Shown here: positions 62,601 through 64,000 of the stretch, one piece after another
Numbering within the stretch: position 1 is the stretch's first letter
How the letters are laid out: each line of letters starts with the position of its first letter
Source: Peribolospora baueri
Lineage: Eukaryota
DNA length: 64,000 nucleotides
Direction of reading: 5' to 3'
NCBI GenBank assembly: GCA_029717555.1
Contig: JAMDHS010000101.1
Span: 1 to 64,000, forward strand
Program-made: the position numbers and the translations under genes
Notes under the pieces: model-generated
Told to the model about the DNA's origin: nothing
Database searches by the model: none
The model's input: the letters and a program-made list of their open reading frames with translations, nothing else

Positions 62601-64000
62601 ATGAGGTTGCGAAGACCATCGGCGGTACCAGTCGAAGTCATCATGTGAGAGAGTGACTTCAGCATACTCCTCAAAAGGCTCGCTCGTCCGAATGGCAGTT
62701 TGCCGTAGACGTTGTCTTGGTGTGGCGGCGCCGAACTAGCGGCCAGAGGAGCTGAATCCAACTCTTCGCCGGATAGTCGGATATCGTACTCGACCTCCTC
62801 CTTGATCCTGCGCACAAGCGTCTCGAGGCCCTGCGCGTTGCAGAAAAGGCCAAAAGCAGGCTGGAACGCGTAGATGATGCTATCGAGCAGGCCGACGGCG
62901 CGAGATATGGTGCGGCAGACAAGGAAGGACTTGGGCTCGGGGATTTGAATAAACTGCACGAGCAGAGGGATGATGCCGGCGCTGACAACCATATTACTGC
63001 CGGCGGGACTTGAGGAGATGAACGCGATGAAGCCTAAGAGACTATCGATGAAACCGTCGCTCGCCCGCGGTGGGTCAACAGCAAGGTCGGAGAGAGCCCG
63101 ACGGATAACGTTAAGGAGGATGCCATGGTTGAGAGAGGCGTTGACGGCCCCCAACGTTTCTGACAACTTGCCACGATATCTGCCTATAGCGTCAAGAGCG
63201 TACAACGCCGCGCTCTGCACCTCTTGTGGCACGTCCCGTTCAGGGCGGATCAACTCGACCAAGCTTTGGACGAGGTCGGGCTCATACAAGAAGAGGCGAG
63301 TGTTCGCGGTGGCCTCGGAGGCGATGTGCGCTGCGCGGAAGAGATACGGAACAGGGATCACAATATAAATGCGCCATACAATAAAGACAAGCTGAAACAC
63401 ACAGAGGCGGGGCGATACTCACCAAAAATTGCAATCGCGAGCAACCTCATCACCAACATCTGCTGCCTAGCCGCCGGATTCTGTATGTTCTGTGCCACTC
63501 GGATCTTCTGATATAGCGCGAAGTGGTCTTCCTTCGGGACTTCATTGTCCTGAGCTTGGGCGAGGAGCACATCGATGGCGCGATCGCCAGACTTGGTGAC
63601 GTCGCCCAGGTCGATTATGGTCAGACCTTCGTCGGTACCGGACGCTCCTTCCTTCCCCCCTGGCGCACCAGCAACTCCTGCTCCACTAGGACCAGGCGTC
63701 GTTACGGACGTCGGCGGTCCTCCAAGTGTGGCAGCTCGCTGGGGTACGCCTGGGCGAGATGGTCGAGAGGGCGTTGCGAAGATGTCCCTGTCGGCCTCCA
63801 CTCTGTCCTCCCTGAATCCATTCGCACCTAATTCACCCTGCCTATCCAACACCCTCGAGGGATCGGTGCGACGGAAAAACTGGAACTGCACCGTCTTGAG
63901 CTCGTCTGAAATCTGAGTCTCTGGCTTGGCGAGGTCGACGATCTCAACGCCGTGCTCGCGTGTGTTCCATCCTCGGGCTAGGCAGAGCAGGCGCTCTTCG
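53697..64000 (-). CDS. TOM1: N-terminal and central part of Tom1/HUWE1 (DUF908/DUF913-type solenoid, UBA, acidic region, UBM repeats), ending in a stop before any HECT domain; 5' end off-window
   Basis: Exons include ORFs 63358.., 61766.., 58141.., 57411.. and 53697... Motifs: LALAINIMATFVHNEPTSL, IDELIRHHPSLK, UBA (VRQLMDMGFSREAAENALVRCHNNLSAATEYLLMHP), ETPDFYRTSSLGM, and three UBM-like repeats (IDPSFLEALPDDMREEVL; ISPEFLEALPPEIRAEVL; FLAGLDPSLRQTVLL). Also RDAIQLLDKAGVATLVRLLFFP and ILTAGECTSKTF; ends RMLRCLKVLDYMYEPHP*. Confidence 0.92.

Overview
GC-rich, intron-containing eukaryotic DNA, most consistent with a basidiomycete fungus (Ustilaginomycotina-like; inferred from GTGAGT/GTGAGC donors, short introns, dense microsatellites and protein recall). 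It carries about 14 coding loci: a Khd4/Mug60-type multi-KH RNA-binding protein (partial, absent from the ORF track), a LIM-C1-RhoGAP, a secreted acid-sphingomyelinase-like phosphoesterase, a disrupted membrane-protein fragment, a GPI-type alpha/beta hydrolase, ATG5, an AusD-like methyltransferase, DOT1, an orphan 7TM protein, a Mei2-like RRM protein, PRO2 and a KHA1-like antiporter. The most striking feature is the giant HECT E3 ligase TOM1/HUWE1, which appears split into two same-strand, colinear pieces. The scaffold/UBA/UBM part stops at 53697, and the HECT part restarts near 46085. Two intact unrelated genes (KHA1-like and PRO2) lie in the ~7.6 kb gap. All family assignments come from motif recognition by eye; no database searches were run.
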